Shown piece after piece: positions 17,381 to 26,325 of a stretch of 64,000 nt of DNA. The stretch is from Rhodothermales bacterium (GTDB lineage: Bacteria > Bacteroidota > Rhodothermia > Rhodothermales > VXPQ01): positions 3,748-67,747 of the forward strand of contig JAJDWX010000037.1 of the NCBI GenBank assembly GCA_022825385.1, read 5' to 3'. The notes below the pieces were generated by a model. It was not told the DNA's origin, made no database searches, and saw only the letters and a program-made list of their open reading frames with translations. Position 1 is the stretch's first letter, and the number at the start of each line of letters is the position of its first letter. The position numbers were made by a program, and so were the translations under genes.

Positions 17381-19321
17381 ATGACGAACATGTTTCTCTC
17401 TCGAACAACGACGGTCCGGGTTGCTGGACTGCTCATGCTGTTTGCACTCCTTGCCGGATGCGGCGCGGCGGAAGAGGCGGACGAATTCTCCGCCGACCTG
17501 CCGAATATTCTATGGCTTACGGCGGAGGACATGAGTGCCGATCTGGGCGCGTACGGGGACGCCTATGCGGAAACGCCGCATCTCGACCGGCTGGCCCGGC
17601 AAGGCGTGACGTATACGAACGCGTTCGCCACCGCGCCCGTCTGTTCCCCGGCCCGTTTTACGCTGCTTACGGGGATCTACGCCACCACGGCGGGCACGCA
17701 GGGATTGCGTTCGCAGGCGCCCATTCCAGACGACGTTACGGGTTTTCCGGCGTATTTGCGCGCCCTGGGCTATTACGCGACGAACAACGTCAAGACCGAC
17801 TACAATACGTCCGCGGAGCCGCGCCTCGTCGCCGAATCCTGGGACGAGCGCAGCGACGAAGCGCACTGGCGGGGACGCGAGGACGGACAACCGTTCTTCG
17901 CGGTGTTCAATCACATGCACACCCACCAGAGCCGCATTTCCTTTCTGGATACGGAATTTCCCGAATTGGCCGCCGGGCTGGGTACGCACGATCCCGCCGC
18001 CGCGCCGCTGCCTCCGTATTACCCGGACGATCCGGATGTACGAAAGACCGTGGCTCGCTACTACGACGCGGTGACCGCTATGGACGCCCATGTGGGGCGC
18101 TTGCTGGCCGAACTGGAGGAGGATGGCGTGGCGGACAACACCATCGTGTTTTTCTACGGAGATCACGGGACGGGCCTGCCGCGCGGGAAACGGGTGCTCT
18201 ACGATTCCGGCCTGCACGTTCCGCTGATTATTTATTTCCCCCCGAAATGGCGGCATTTGGCCCCGGCGCCGCCCGGATCGTCTACGGACCGCCTGGTAAG
18301 TTTCGTGGATTTCGCGCCCACGATGCTGCGCCTTGTCGGAGAGGAGGCGCCGGCGCATATGCAGGGCGCGCCGTTTCTGAATGCGGATTCGCTGGCGGAA
18401 CGGGAATTCGTGTTCGGCGCGCGCGACCGGGTGGACGAGGCCTACGATATGGCGCGTTCCGTGCGCGACGAACGGTTCCTGTACATTCGCCATTACCATC
18501 CGCACCTGTCCTGGAATCAGCCGGAATTCTTTTCGGACCAGGCCCCGATTCGCCAGGCCATTACGCGGCTTGCCGAGGCGGGCGCGCTGAACGCGACGCA
18601 GATGACCTATGCCGGTCCCTCGAAACCCGCCGAAGAACTTTTCGACACGGTGACCGATCCGTACCAGCTCCGCAATCTGGCCGATTCGCCGGCGTATATC
18701 GACGTGCTGGATCGGATGCGGAGCCGGTTGACCCAGTGGGAGGCGGAGACGCGAGACATCGGTTTTCTGGACGAAGCCGAAGCGTTGCGGCTGGCGGAGC
18801 GGACGGGGCGGACGCCGCTCGAATTCGGGGCGGATCCTTCCGCGTATCCGCTTGCGCGCGTACTGGATGCGGCGAACCTTGTGGGACAGCCGCGCGCTTC
18901 GGCCAGGCAAGCGGCGCTCCTTGGGGATGCAAACGTTGCGGTGCGGTACTGGGCTGCGCTGGGATTGCGCGCGGCGGGCGCGAACGATCCCTTGAGCGTG
19001 GAGGCCTTGCGGCGGGTTCTGGAAGATGCGAGCCCTGCGGTCCGTACGGAGGCGGCGGCTGCGCTGGTTGCCCTGAACGACGCTTCCGAGGGGCTTGCCG
19101 TACTGGAAGCCGCGCTGGAGAGCGAGGAGCCGCTGGACGTGCTCCGGGCGGCCCGCGCCCTGCAATTGCTTGGCGACAAGGCGGCGCCCGCCGCGGAAGC
19201 CATGCGGCGCGTTATGGAGCAGGCGCAGGACAATACCGTATACGGCCCTGACGCCTTGTACATCCGCTTTGCGCTGGAACCGGCCCTTGCAGAGGAAAAA
19301 GGCGCGACGGAGGTGTATTAG
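17381..19321 (+). CDS. sulfatase with C-terminal HEAT repeats
   Basis: Start at MTNMF, with a lipoprotein-type signal LLAGC. Formylglycine motif PVCSPARFTLLTG. The C-terminus has HEAT-like repeats (VAVRYWAA, SPAVRTEAAAAL). Confidence 0.9.
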   Translation: MTNMFLSRTTTVRVAGLLMLFALLAGCGAAEEADEFSADLPNILWLTAEDMSADLGAYGDAYAETPHLDRLARQGVTYTNAFATAPVCSPARFTLLTGIYATTAGTQGLRSQAPIPDDVTGFPAYLRALGYYATNNVKTDYNTSAEPRLVAESWDERSDEAHWRGREDGQPFFAVFNHMHTHQSRISFLDTEFPELAAGLGTHDPAAAPLPPYYPDDPDVRKTVARYYDAVTAMDAHVGRLLAELEEDGVADNTIVFFYGDHGTGLPRGKRVLYDSGLHVPLIIYFPPKWRHLAPAPPGSSTDRLVSFVDFAPTMLRLVGEEAPAHMQGAPFLNADSLAEREFVFGARDRVDEAYDMARSVRDERFLYIRHYHPHLSWNQPEFFSDQAPIRQAITRLAEAGALNATQMTYAGPSKPAEELFDTVTDPYQLRNLADSPAYIDVLDRMRSRLTQWEAETRDIGFLDEAEALRLAERTGRTPLEFGADPSAYPLARVLDAANLVGQPRASARQAALLGDANVAVRYWAALGLRAAGANDPLSVEALRRVLEDASPAVRTEAAAALVALNDASEGLAVLEAALESEEPLDVLRAARALQLLGDKAAPAAEAMRRVMEQAQDNTVYGPDALYIRFALEPALAEEKGATEVY

Positions 19322-19348
19322 GGCGACGGGTTATTTATTCTCCACCGT
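19321..19348. repeat. 28-bp direct repeat, left copy
   Basis: GGGCGACGGGTTATTTATTCTCCACCGT, identical to 20083-20110. Confidence 0.95.
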
Positions 19349-19619
19349 TATGCGGGAGATACGGATGGGGATCGTCACTCGGATCGGGAGACGTATCCGG
19401 CGCGTTTTCAAGATAACGTTTCAGGTCGCCCTCGACTGCTTCCGCGGCCCGCTTTTGCAGAAAAGCCTTTGCCGTCTCGACAGCGCCGATCTTTTGCGCC
19501 ACAGCTGCAACGATCCACTGATTGAGAGAAACCCCATCTTCTCTGGCAAACCGTATCGCCGTTTCCTTCAATGAGATCGGCAGTTGCAGCGGATACCTGT
19601 ACCTTTCCTTGTCGTTCAT
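19335..19619 (-). CDS. Arc/RHH (HicB-like) family antitoxin
   Basis: YPLQLPISLKETAIRFAREDGVSLNQWIVAAVAQKIG is typical of ribbon-helix-helix antitoxins. There is a 4-nt overlap with the upstream PIN gene. Confidence 0.75.
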   Translation of the reverse strand: MNDKERYRYPLQLPISLKETAIRFAREDGVSLNQWIVAAVAQKIGAVETAKAFLQKRAAEAVEGDLKRYLENAPDTSPDPSDDPHPYLPHNGGE

Positions 19620-20035
19620 TTGGATAGCCTCCTTACGATGATACCGGGTTTTACAACTTTCATTCCGAGCGCGAGCGCCGGCTTGAAATCTCTTGCGTTG
19701 TGGGTGACTATAGCGTCTGCAAAGCCGTTCAGGGCTACTTCAAGGACCATTTCGTCATCGGCGTCGGACAGCATCGGTCGCACCGTGAACGATATATCCA
19801 CTGGTTCGCACAAGGCTGCGAGCGCATTCATGATGGCTTGGACGTCGTCAAGTCCATGTCCCGTGATCGCCCGCGTTTCCGCACGACTCAGAACCGCCTC
19901 GTATTCCAGAAAAAGGGTTGTCGAACATAGTGGCTTGATTCGCTGATTTGCAACCATCCGAAAGAGTGCGTTGCTTGCGCCTCGACGGCTCCGAAAAGCA
20001 GAGACGATAATATTTGTATCCAGTACCAACCTCAC
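19616..20035 (-). CDS. PIN-domain toxin
   Basis: MRLVLDTNIIVSA at the N-terminus, acidic residues at DDEMVLE, and VTHNARDF. Sequence resembles the PIN-family TA toxin component. Confidence 0.85.
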   Translation of the reverse strand: MRLVLDTNIIVSAFRSRRGASNALFRMVANQRIKPLCSTTLFLEYEAVLSRAETRAITGHGLDDVQAIMNALAALCEPVDISFTVRPMLSDADDEMVLEVALNGFADAIVTHNARDFKPALALGMKVVKPGIIVRRLSK

Positions 20036-20082
20036 GGTTACAAGATAAAAAACATCATATAAGATGTCAAATAAAAAATCTC

Positions 20083-20110
20083 GGGCGACGGGTTATTTAT
20101 TCTCCACCGT
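20083..20110. repeat. 28-bp direct repeat, right copy
   Basis: Identical to 19321-19348. It covers the last codons and stop of the CBM9-like gene. Confidence 0.95.
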
Positions 20111-21142
20111 GATCCGGGAGGCCTGGTCCACGCGTACTGCGCACGGGTGCCCGTCGGCGGTTTCGGCGGGCATTTCCGCGAACCAGTTTTCGCCGTCGGA
20201 GACGAGGCGGACGCTTTCCGCCAGCGCGTCCGGAAGTTCTTGCAGGGATTTCGCCCAGCGCCCGCGTTGCTTGAAGAACGCCCGTTGCGCGTAGTACGCG
20301 GCCATGAGCGCCTCGCGCGCCGGAAAGGTCGGGTCCGGCCGAAAGGCGGCTTCTCCGGGCCGCGCCCGCGTGAAATGCACGAATCCCCAGCGTTCGGGGC
20401 GGTGCATGTCCACCACGCCTTGCGGGGACCAAACCCAGTTATCCTCTGGCGTATCGGGCTTTTTGCGGTAGACGCCTTCATGGATTTCGTGGCGCCATTG
20501 CACCCGGGAGAAGTTCATGCGCCATTGTGCGCCTTCTTCGGGCGGCGCGCCGCCGGGCGGGGCGTAGGGGGCCAGCCCGCCCCACGGGATGGCGATCTCC
20601 ACGGACCAGTACGCATCCGTGTCGTGCGGGGCATTGAGGGTGCCTTCCACGTACACCGCCGAGCGCAGACCCGCAATGGGGGCCGGGGAAATGGCGGGTC
20701 CGCCGTCGCGGTACGGTTTCTCCAGCGCCAGTTGCCAGCGCGTGTTCAGCGCATTGACTTCCATTTCCCAGTACCGGTGGTGGTCTCCGTCCGGGTCGAT
20801 GAACACCTCGAAGTCGTTGTCCTGAAAAATTACGCTGTTCGGCTCGGTGAGCGAACCCCATACATGCGTTTCTTCCAGGCGGGCGGCAATGTACAGGCAG
20901 GTTTCGTCCCAGCGCATCGCCATGCGCGTTTCCTGGCGCGGGGCGGGACGGCGGTCTCCCTCGATGTCCGTAAACGGTTCGCTCCAGGGCGCCTCGCGCC
21001 AGAGCGGTTTGTCCAGTTTGCCGTCTATGGCTGGAGCGGTTTCGACAAAATGGCACAGGTAGTTCCGGGGGACGATGGTCGCCATATGCTCCCACGACGC
21101 GGCGTCGAGGTCTCTGGGCAGGTCCCATGCAGGTTCGGTCAT
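20093..21142 (-). CDS. carbohydrate-binding family 9 (CBM9/DOMON-like) protein
   Basis: NDFEVFIDPDGDHHRYWEMEVNALN and WSVEIAIPW are typical CBM9-like signatures. Confidence 0.6.
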   Translation of the reverse strand: MTEPAWDLPRDLDAASWEHMATIVPRNYLCHFVETAPAIDGKLDKPLWREAPWSEPFTDIEGDRRPAPRQETRMAMRWDETCLYIAARLEETHVWGSLTEPNSVIFQDNDFEVFIDPDGDHHRYWEMEVNALNTRWQLALEKPYRDGGPAISPAPIAGLRSAVYVEGTLNAPHDTDAYWSVEIAIPWGGLAPYAPPGGAPPEEGAQWRMNFSRVQWRHEIHEGVYRKKPDTPEDNWVWSPQGVVDMHRPERWGFVHFTRARPGEAAFRPDPTFPAREALMAAYYAQRAFFKQRGRWAKSLQELPDALAESVRLVSDGENWFAEMPAETADGHPCAVRVDQASRITVENK

Positions 21143-21193
21143 AACGAGATCGGGCGGGGCGTAAAAAAGAGCATGCGTAGCGGCGCGGGCGCG

Positions 21194-22543
21194 TTATACG
21201 TTTTCCGGGTCCGGGTGCGTCCATGGGGCGCGGTAAGGTCGGGCGAGCAGCGCATTCGCTTCCTCGTCTCCCGCGACCCGCCCCGCTTCGGCGTCCCATT
21301 CGAGGGTCCGTCCCACCGCCATGGAAATATTGGCGAGAATGCAAGAGGCCGCCGAAATGTGGCCCTCTTCGATATCCGCCACGGGTCGGGACCGTTGCTT
21401 GATCGCGTCCAGAAAATCGACCATGTGTCCCCGAATCGCGGACGCCACATGCCGTTCGAGGTCCTGTTCCGTGCGGTCTTCCGGGTAGCGTTCGTATTCG
21501 TAGAGGGCGGTGCCCCGTTCCGTCTCGCCGCCGCCCCGCGGAATGAAGTCGTACGAATGGACGCTTAGTTTGAGCGTGCCGCCGTCGCCGTACAGCGTGG
21601 CTCCCCACGGATAGTCCAGGTCGGCGGCGCGCCCCCAGGCTCTGTGTTGCCACAGGACGGGCAGTTCGTCGAATTCGAACGTGGCCGTTTGCGTGTCGGG
21701 CGTGTTGGCGATGCTGTCCGTATCCACGAGGATGCCCCCCGTGGAAGAGATGCGGCGGGGCCAGCCGAGCTCAAGCATCCAGCGAACCGTATCCAGCATA
21801 TGCACGCACATATCCCCCATGATTCCGTTGCTGTATTCCATGAAATTGCGCCATCCGCGCGGGTGGACGATCTCGTTGAAGGGGATTTTCGGGGCAGGTC
21901 CCGCCCACATTTCGTAGTCCAGTTCGTCCGGAGGCGAAATCGCCGGGGGATTTTGCCGCGTACGCATATGGTAATAACAGTACGTTTCCGCCAGCCGAAT
22001 TTTGCCGAGCCGTCCCGACCGCACATAGCGGTCCCGGGCCTCGACAAGATGGGGGGTGCTGCGGCGCTGCATGCCCACCTGGACCACGCGCCCGTATTTG
22101 CGGGCGGCGGCGACCATCGCCTGCCCCTCGACCACATCCACGCCAATGGGCTTTTGGACCCACACGTCCAGTCCGGCCCGACAGGCGTCGATCATGGGCA
22201 ATGCGTGCCAGTGGTCCGGCGTATCGATCAGCACGAGGTCAAGGTCGCCTGCCGCAAGCATTTCGCGGTAGTCGGCGAAGGTTCGCGGACGGTTGCCGGA
22301 CGCTTGCCGTTCGGCCACGATTTCCACGGCTCCGCGCAGCATGTTCCGGTCCACGTCGCAGAGCGACGTAACTTCCACGGGCGCTGCCTGAATCAGCCGA
22401 AGCAAGTCCGTTTTGCCGTACCAGCCGCATCCGATGAGGCCTGCGCGGAGGGGGTTTTGGCGCCAGGGCGCCATGGCCATGCCGGGCAGCACGGAGGCTG
22501 CGGCGAGCAGGGCGCCGGTTTTCAGGAATTGCCTGCGTTGCAT
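21194..22543 (-). CDS. Gfo/Idh/MocA family oxidoreductase (Tat-exported)
   Basis: Start at MQRRQFLKTGALLAAASVL (twin-arginine signal). Rossmann motif GLIGCGWYG. Confidence 0.85.
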   Translation of the reverse strand: MQRRQFLKTGALLAAASVLPGMAMAPWRQNPLRAGLIGCGWYGKTDLLRLIQAAPVEVTSLCDVDRNMLRGAVEIVAERQASGNRPRTFADYREMLAAGDLDLVLIDTPDHWHALPMIDACRAGLDVWVQKPIGVDVVEGQAMVAAARKYGRVVQVGMQRRSTPHLVEARDRYVRSGRLGKIRLAETYCYYHMRTRQNPPAISPPDELDYEMWAGPAPKIPFNEIVHPRGWRNFMEYSNGIMGDMCVHMLDTVRWMLELGWPRRISSTGGILVDTDSIANTPDTQTATFEFDELPVLWQHRAWGRAADLDYPWGATLYGDGGTLKLSVHSYDFIPRGGGETERGTALYEYERYPEDRTEQDLERHVASAIRGHMVDFLDAIKQRSRPVADIEEGHISAASCILANISMAVGRTLEWDAEAGRVAGDEEANALLARPYRAPWTHPDPENV

Positions 22544-22770
22544 GATCCTGTCCAATGGGTATAGAATGCCAGCGAGATACGGGCGCGGCGGATTGCCTGC
22601 GCGGCGCACGGGGAAAGATAGGCCATCGGAGCGGGCTTGCGCCACTTTCTTTCGCGCGAAGCCGCTGCGAATCGCAACGATGGAATCATGACGGCCTGTC
22701 CTTGCGTAAGCGAAGCGCCGGTCGAAATGGATTCGATTCGGGCGCCTTTATATTCACGACTACGCGCGTT

Positions 22771-23604
22771 ATGCACAAAAATGCGACGGATGCGGCGGCG
22801 ACAGGCCGCCTTGCTGCGATATACGTCTATCCGGTCAAATCGACCAGACGGGCGCCGCTGGAAACGTCGGTGGTGGAGCCGCAGGGCCTGCGCATGGACC
22901 GCCGCTGGATGCTGGTGGATCCAGACGGGAAATTCGTTTCCCAGCGGATTACGCCGAAACTGGCCTTGATCCAGGCGGCGGCGCAGCCGGACGGGCTGCA
23001 TGCGCAGGCGCCCGGACAGGAAGACTTGTTTGTCCGCTTGCCGGACGGGCAAGCGCGCGCGTCCGTGGACGTGTGGGGAGATATTGTTTCCGCCGCCGTG
23101 GCGGACGACGAGGCGCACGCATGGTTCAGCCGATTCCTGGATGTGGAATGCCGCCTCGTTTTTCTGGACGATCCCGCCAGCCGGCCGGTCGAGGCCGGGT
23201 ACGGCAGGCCCGGGGACGTCGTGAGTTTCGCGGATTCGTTTCCGGCCCTGCTCATTTCCGAGGCTTCGCTGGAAGCGCTCAACGAGCGGTTGGCCGAGCC
23301 GGTCCCCATGCATCGTTTTCGTCCGAACCTTGTTGTGTCGGGCGTCGAGGCGTTCGCAGAGGACGGCTGGGAGCGCGTACGCATAGGGGAAGTGGATTTT
23401 CTGGTGGTCAAGCCGTGCGCTCGCTGCGTCGTAACGACCATCGATCAGGAGAAAGGCGCGTCGTCCGGCAAGGAGCCGATGCAAACCCTGAACACGTTTC
23501 GTCGCGGGGCGGACGGGAAGGTCCGTTTTGGCCAGAATCTCGTGCCGCTGCATCCCGGAACCGTGCGCCGGGGCGATGTCGTCGCGCCGACGTTGCGGCG
23601 ATAG
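22771..23604 (+). CDS. MOSC domain protein
   Basis: Start at MHKNATD. MOSC N-terminal beta-barrel (IYVYPVKS) and MOSC core (RFRPNLVV, CARCVVTTIDQ). Confidence 0.85.
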   Translation: MHKNATDAAATGRLAAIYVYPVKSTRRAPLETSVVEPQGLRMDRRWMLVDPDGKFVSQRITPKLALIQAAAQPDGLHAQAPGQEDLFVRLPDGQARASVDVWGDIVSAAVADDEAHAWFSRFLDVECRLVFLDDPASRPVEAGYGRPGDVVSFADSFPALLISEASLEALNERLAEPVPMHRFRPNLVVSGVEAFAEDGWERVRIGEVDFLVVKPCARCVVTTIDQEKGASSGKEPMQTLNTFRRGADGKVRFGQNLVPLHPGTVRRGDVVAPTLRR

Positions 23605-23717
23605 CGAGGCGTTTCGCCCGGCTCGAAATCCATACGCTCTATTGCGCTGCGCCGTACCTTAGGGGCGTCCGCCGCTATCGGCCTGCAAATGTATCCACCA
23701 TTCCTCTATCCGCCGCC

Positions 23718-24017
23718 ATGTTCGTTCATTGCGTGTTTTTCCGACTCCGGGCCGACCTGACCGCCGAGGACCTTCAGGTCTTCGACGAAGGCGTTCGATC
23801 CCTGCTCGACATCGAAACGGTTCGCCACGGATTCGTCGGCGCGCCCGCCGATACCCATCGCCCGGTCGTGCTCCGCGACTATTCGTGCGGCCTTGTGGTT
23901 GTTTTCGACGACAAGGCAGGCCATGATTTTTACCAGGACGATCCCGTGCACGACCGTTTTCGGAACGAATACAGCCACCTCTGGGAAGACGTGAAAATCT
24001 ACGACGTGCAAACGTAG
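23718..24017 (+). CDS. Dabb (stress-responsive alpha/beta barrel) family protein
   Basis: 99 aa: MFVHCVFFRLR ... HDFYQDDPVHDRF ... VKIYDV. Confidence 0.8.
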   Translation: MFVHCVFFRLRADLTAEDLQVFDEGVRSLLDIETVRHGFVGAPADTHRPVVLRDYSCGLVVVFDDKAGHDFYQDDPVHDRFRNEYSHLWEDVKIYDVQT

Positions 24018-24020
24018 CCT

Positions 24021-24875
24021 TTATTCGGCCGCCTGCATCGTGTGGTCGAGCAGCAGGATAAGCCGCTCGCGCAGGTTCCGTCGGTCCACCACGAAATCGA
24101 CGAACCCGTGCTCCTGCAGGAATTCGGCGCTCTGAAAACCGTCCGGCAGGTCGGCCCCGATCGTTTCCCGGATCACGCGCGGCCCTGCAAAACCGATCAG
24201 GGCGCCGGGTTCGGCGAGATTGAAATCCCCCAGCATGGCGAACGAAGCGGTTACGCCGCCCGTGGTGGGGTTCGTCATGAGCGAGACGAAGGGCAGGCCC
24301 GCCGCGTCCAGTCTGCCGAGCAGGGCGCTGGTTTTCGCCATTTGCATGAGGCTGAGCGCGCCTTCCATCATGCGCGCGCCGCCGCTTTGCGAAATAATGA
24401 GCAGGGCAGCCTTGTTTTCCTCGGCCCGCTTGATGGCGCGCGCCACGATCTCCCCCACGACGGACCCCATCGATCCGCCGATGAACGCAAAATCCATGGC
24501 CGCCGTGGAGAGGAGATGTCCGCCTACCGTGCCCAGCGCCGCCCGCGCCGCGTCGTTCAGGCCGGTTTTTTGTTTGGCGGCTTCCAGGCGATCCGCGTAT
24601 CGCTTCCGGTCCGCAAAGGCGAGCGGGTCGGTCGAGCGCAGGTTTTCGTCGAACAGTTCGAATTGTCCGTCGTCGTAAATGGCGCGGAAATAGTCCAGGC
24701 TATTCATGAAGAAATGATAGCCGGAGGAGGGCACCACCATGGCGTTGTCCTCGATCTCGCGCCGGTTTACGATTTCGCCGGTTTTGGGGCATTTCGCCCA
24801 CTGTCCGTCGGGAATCTCGTTTTTTTCTGCCAGTTCGGTCAGGATGCCGGCCTTTTTTCGTTTGAACCACGTCAT
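24021..24875 (-). CDS. accD: acetyl-CoA carboxylase carboxyltransferase beta subunit
   Basis: Full-length AccD-like sequence (GGSMGSVVGE, SGGARMMEG). Confidence 0.95.
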   Translation of the reverse strand: MTWFKRKKAGILTELAEKNEIPDGQWAKCPKTGEIVNRREIEDNAMVVPSSGYHFFMNSLDYFRAIYDDGQFELFDENLRSTDPLAFADRKRYADRLEAAKQKTGLNDAARAALGTVGGHLLSTAAMDFAFIGGSMGSVVGEIVARAIKRAEENKAALLIISQSGGARMMEGALSLMQMAKTSALLGRLDAAGLPFVSLMTNPTTGGVTASFAMLGDFNLAEPGALIGFAGPRVIRETIGADLPDGFQSAEFLQEHGFVDFVVDRRNLRERLILLLDHTMQAAE

Positions 24876-24890
24876 GACGAGAGGGTGCCT

Positions 24891-25634
24891 TTATATAGCC
24901 AATTTCCGGAACGCTGTTTTTTGCGGCGTTGCGGGGGCGAAATCTTTCAGATAATGGGGTTCGAAGGAAACAAGGTCCTCCGTCTCGCCGCGCGCCAGTT
25001 TTTCGGCGGCAAGCTGCGCCACGGCGACGGCGGGCGGGGCGAGGCGTTCGGGGTCCGGGGCCATGATATTCGCCCCACGCGCCGTCGATCCGTATTGCGG
25101 CGCCAGCTGCGCATACAGTTTCGCCTGCGCGTCTCCCACGATATACAGGCGGCCTGTCGCCGCGTCGTTCAGCCAGTCGGCAGCTTGCTCCACCTGAATC
25201 GCCGCCGTATCGCGCAGCGTTTCGAGCGTATGGTCGGAAGCAACCCGGAACGCGGCGGCGTACGCCTCGTTCCGCCGGGCGTCGAACGCCGCCGCAATGC
25301 AGTCGCCGGGGGCGGCCAGCGGAAGCGCCAGGCGGGCCCAGGCCAAGGGGCCCGGTACGGAGACGAGCGCTGCGTCGACCGCTTCCGCCAGTCCCTTCGC
25401 TGCGGCCGCGCCGATCCGCAAGCCGGTGTACGATCCGGGACCGCTCGATACGGCGACCGCCGCCAGGTCCGAAGCCGCGACGTCCGCATACCGCAGCGCG
25501 TCGGCGATCATCGGAACCAGCTGCGCGTCATGCGCCCGGGCGCGACGCAAGGTCAGTTGGGCCGCAATGCGCCCGTCGCGCCACGCGGCGACGCTGCACG
25601 CATCGGTGGCTGTTTCGAGAGCGAGGATATTCAA
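24891..25634 (-). CDS. tsaB: tRNA t6A biosynthesis protein TsaB
   Basis: MNILALETATDACSVA and SGPGSYTGLRIG. Confidence 0.9.
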   Translation of the reverse strand: MNILALETATDACSVAAWRDGRIAAQLTLRRARAHDAQLVPMIADALRYADVAASDLAAVAVSSGPGSYTGLRIGAAAAKGLAEAVDAALVSVPGPLAWARLALPLAAPGDCIAAAFDARRNEAYAAAFRVASDHTLETLRDTAAIQVEQAADWLNDAATGRLYIVGDAQAKLYAQLAPQYGSTARGANIMAPDPERLAPPAVAVAQLAAEKLARGETEDLVSFEPHYLKDFAPATPQKTAFRKLAI

Positions 25635-25675
25635 CGAATTACCGCATGGATCATAACGCAGGGGAACGTATTTTA

Positions 25676-25929
25676 GGATACTCTGATCAAAACCGCTTCG
25701 CTCAGCGCGTCACTGTCGCATGTCACGGGTGTCATGCTTGCATTGTTGAAATCAGCAGAAAACATCGTAGATTCAGTACGCAGCGTACGTGACGCGCCCT
25801 TCGGGAGGCTGCGAGGAGTACGCTGGCTGTGTCATTCCTCATTACATGGGGCCTGCCATGCTGCTTCGTCATTCCTTGCCAGCGCACCCCTCGCAGCCTC
25901 TGAGCTTCGCGGACTTAATCAGAGTATCC
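25676..25929. mobile_element. 254-bp structured repeat with terminal inverted repeats (MITE-like), copy 1
   Basis: Termini are GGATACTCTGAT ... ATCAGAGTATCC. Nearly identical to 26047-26301. Internally it has TTGAAA-16-TAGATT and nested hairpins. Confidence 0.7.
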
Positions 25930-26046
25930 TATTTAGACTAATCTGCGCCGTATGGGTTCTGAAGCGGACGCGGCGGCTCCCGCGCGTCCTTTCGACCTTG
26001 CCTCAGCGCCGCCTTGCGGGCGCTCGGGACATGCGGCGGTTTTTAC

Positions 26047-26301
26047 GGATACTCTGATCAAAACCACTTCGCTCAGCGCGTCACGTTCGCCCGCCAAAAA
26101 ACGTTATGCCTGGATCATTGAAATAAGCAGAAAACACCGTAGATTCGGTGCGTAGGGTACGTGACGCGCCCTTCGGGAGGCTGCGAGGGGCACGCTGGCT
26201 GTGTCATTCCTCATTACATGGGGCCTGCCATGCTGCTTCGTCATTCCTTGCCAGCGCACCCCTCGCAGCCTCTGAGCTTCGCGGACTTAATCAGAGTATC
26301 C
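26047..26301. mobile_element. 255-bp structured repeat (MITE-like), copy 2
   Basis: Same termini and interior as copy 1. It ends 24 nt before the EF-G ATG. Confidence 0.7.
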
Positions 26302-26325
26302 TTTAGAGCGTTTACCGAAGCACCT

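Noticed and set aside
25676-26301. The two 254-bp repeats as a CRISPR array or a tandem gene duplication.
   Set aside because: There are only two copies. The units are far longer than CRISPR repeats, each has its own inverted termini, and no cas genes are present. The ORFs inside them (25734-26057 and the 26161-26325 extension of EF-G) use different frames in the two copies.
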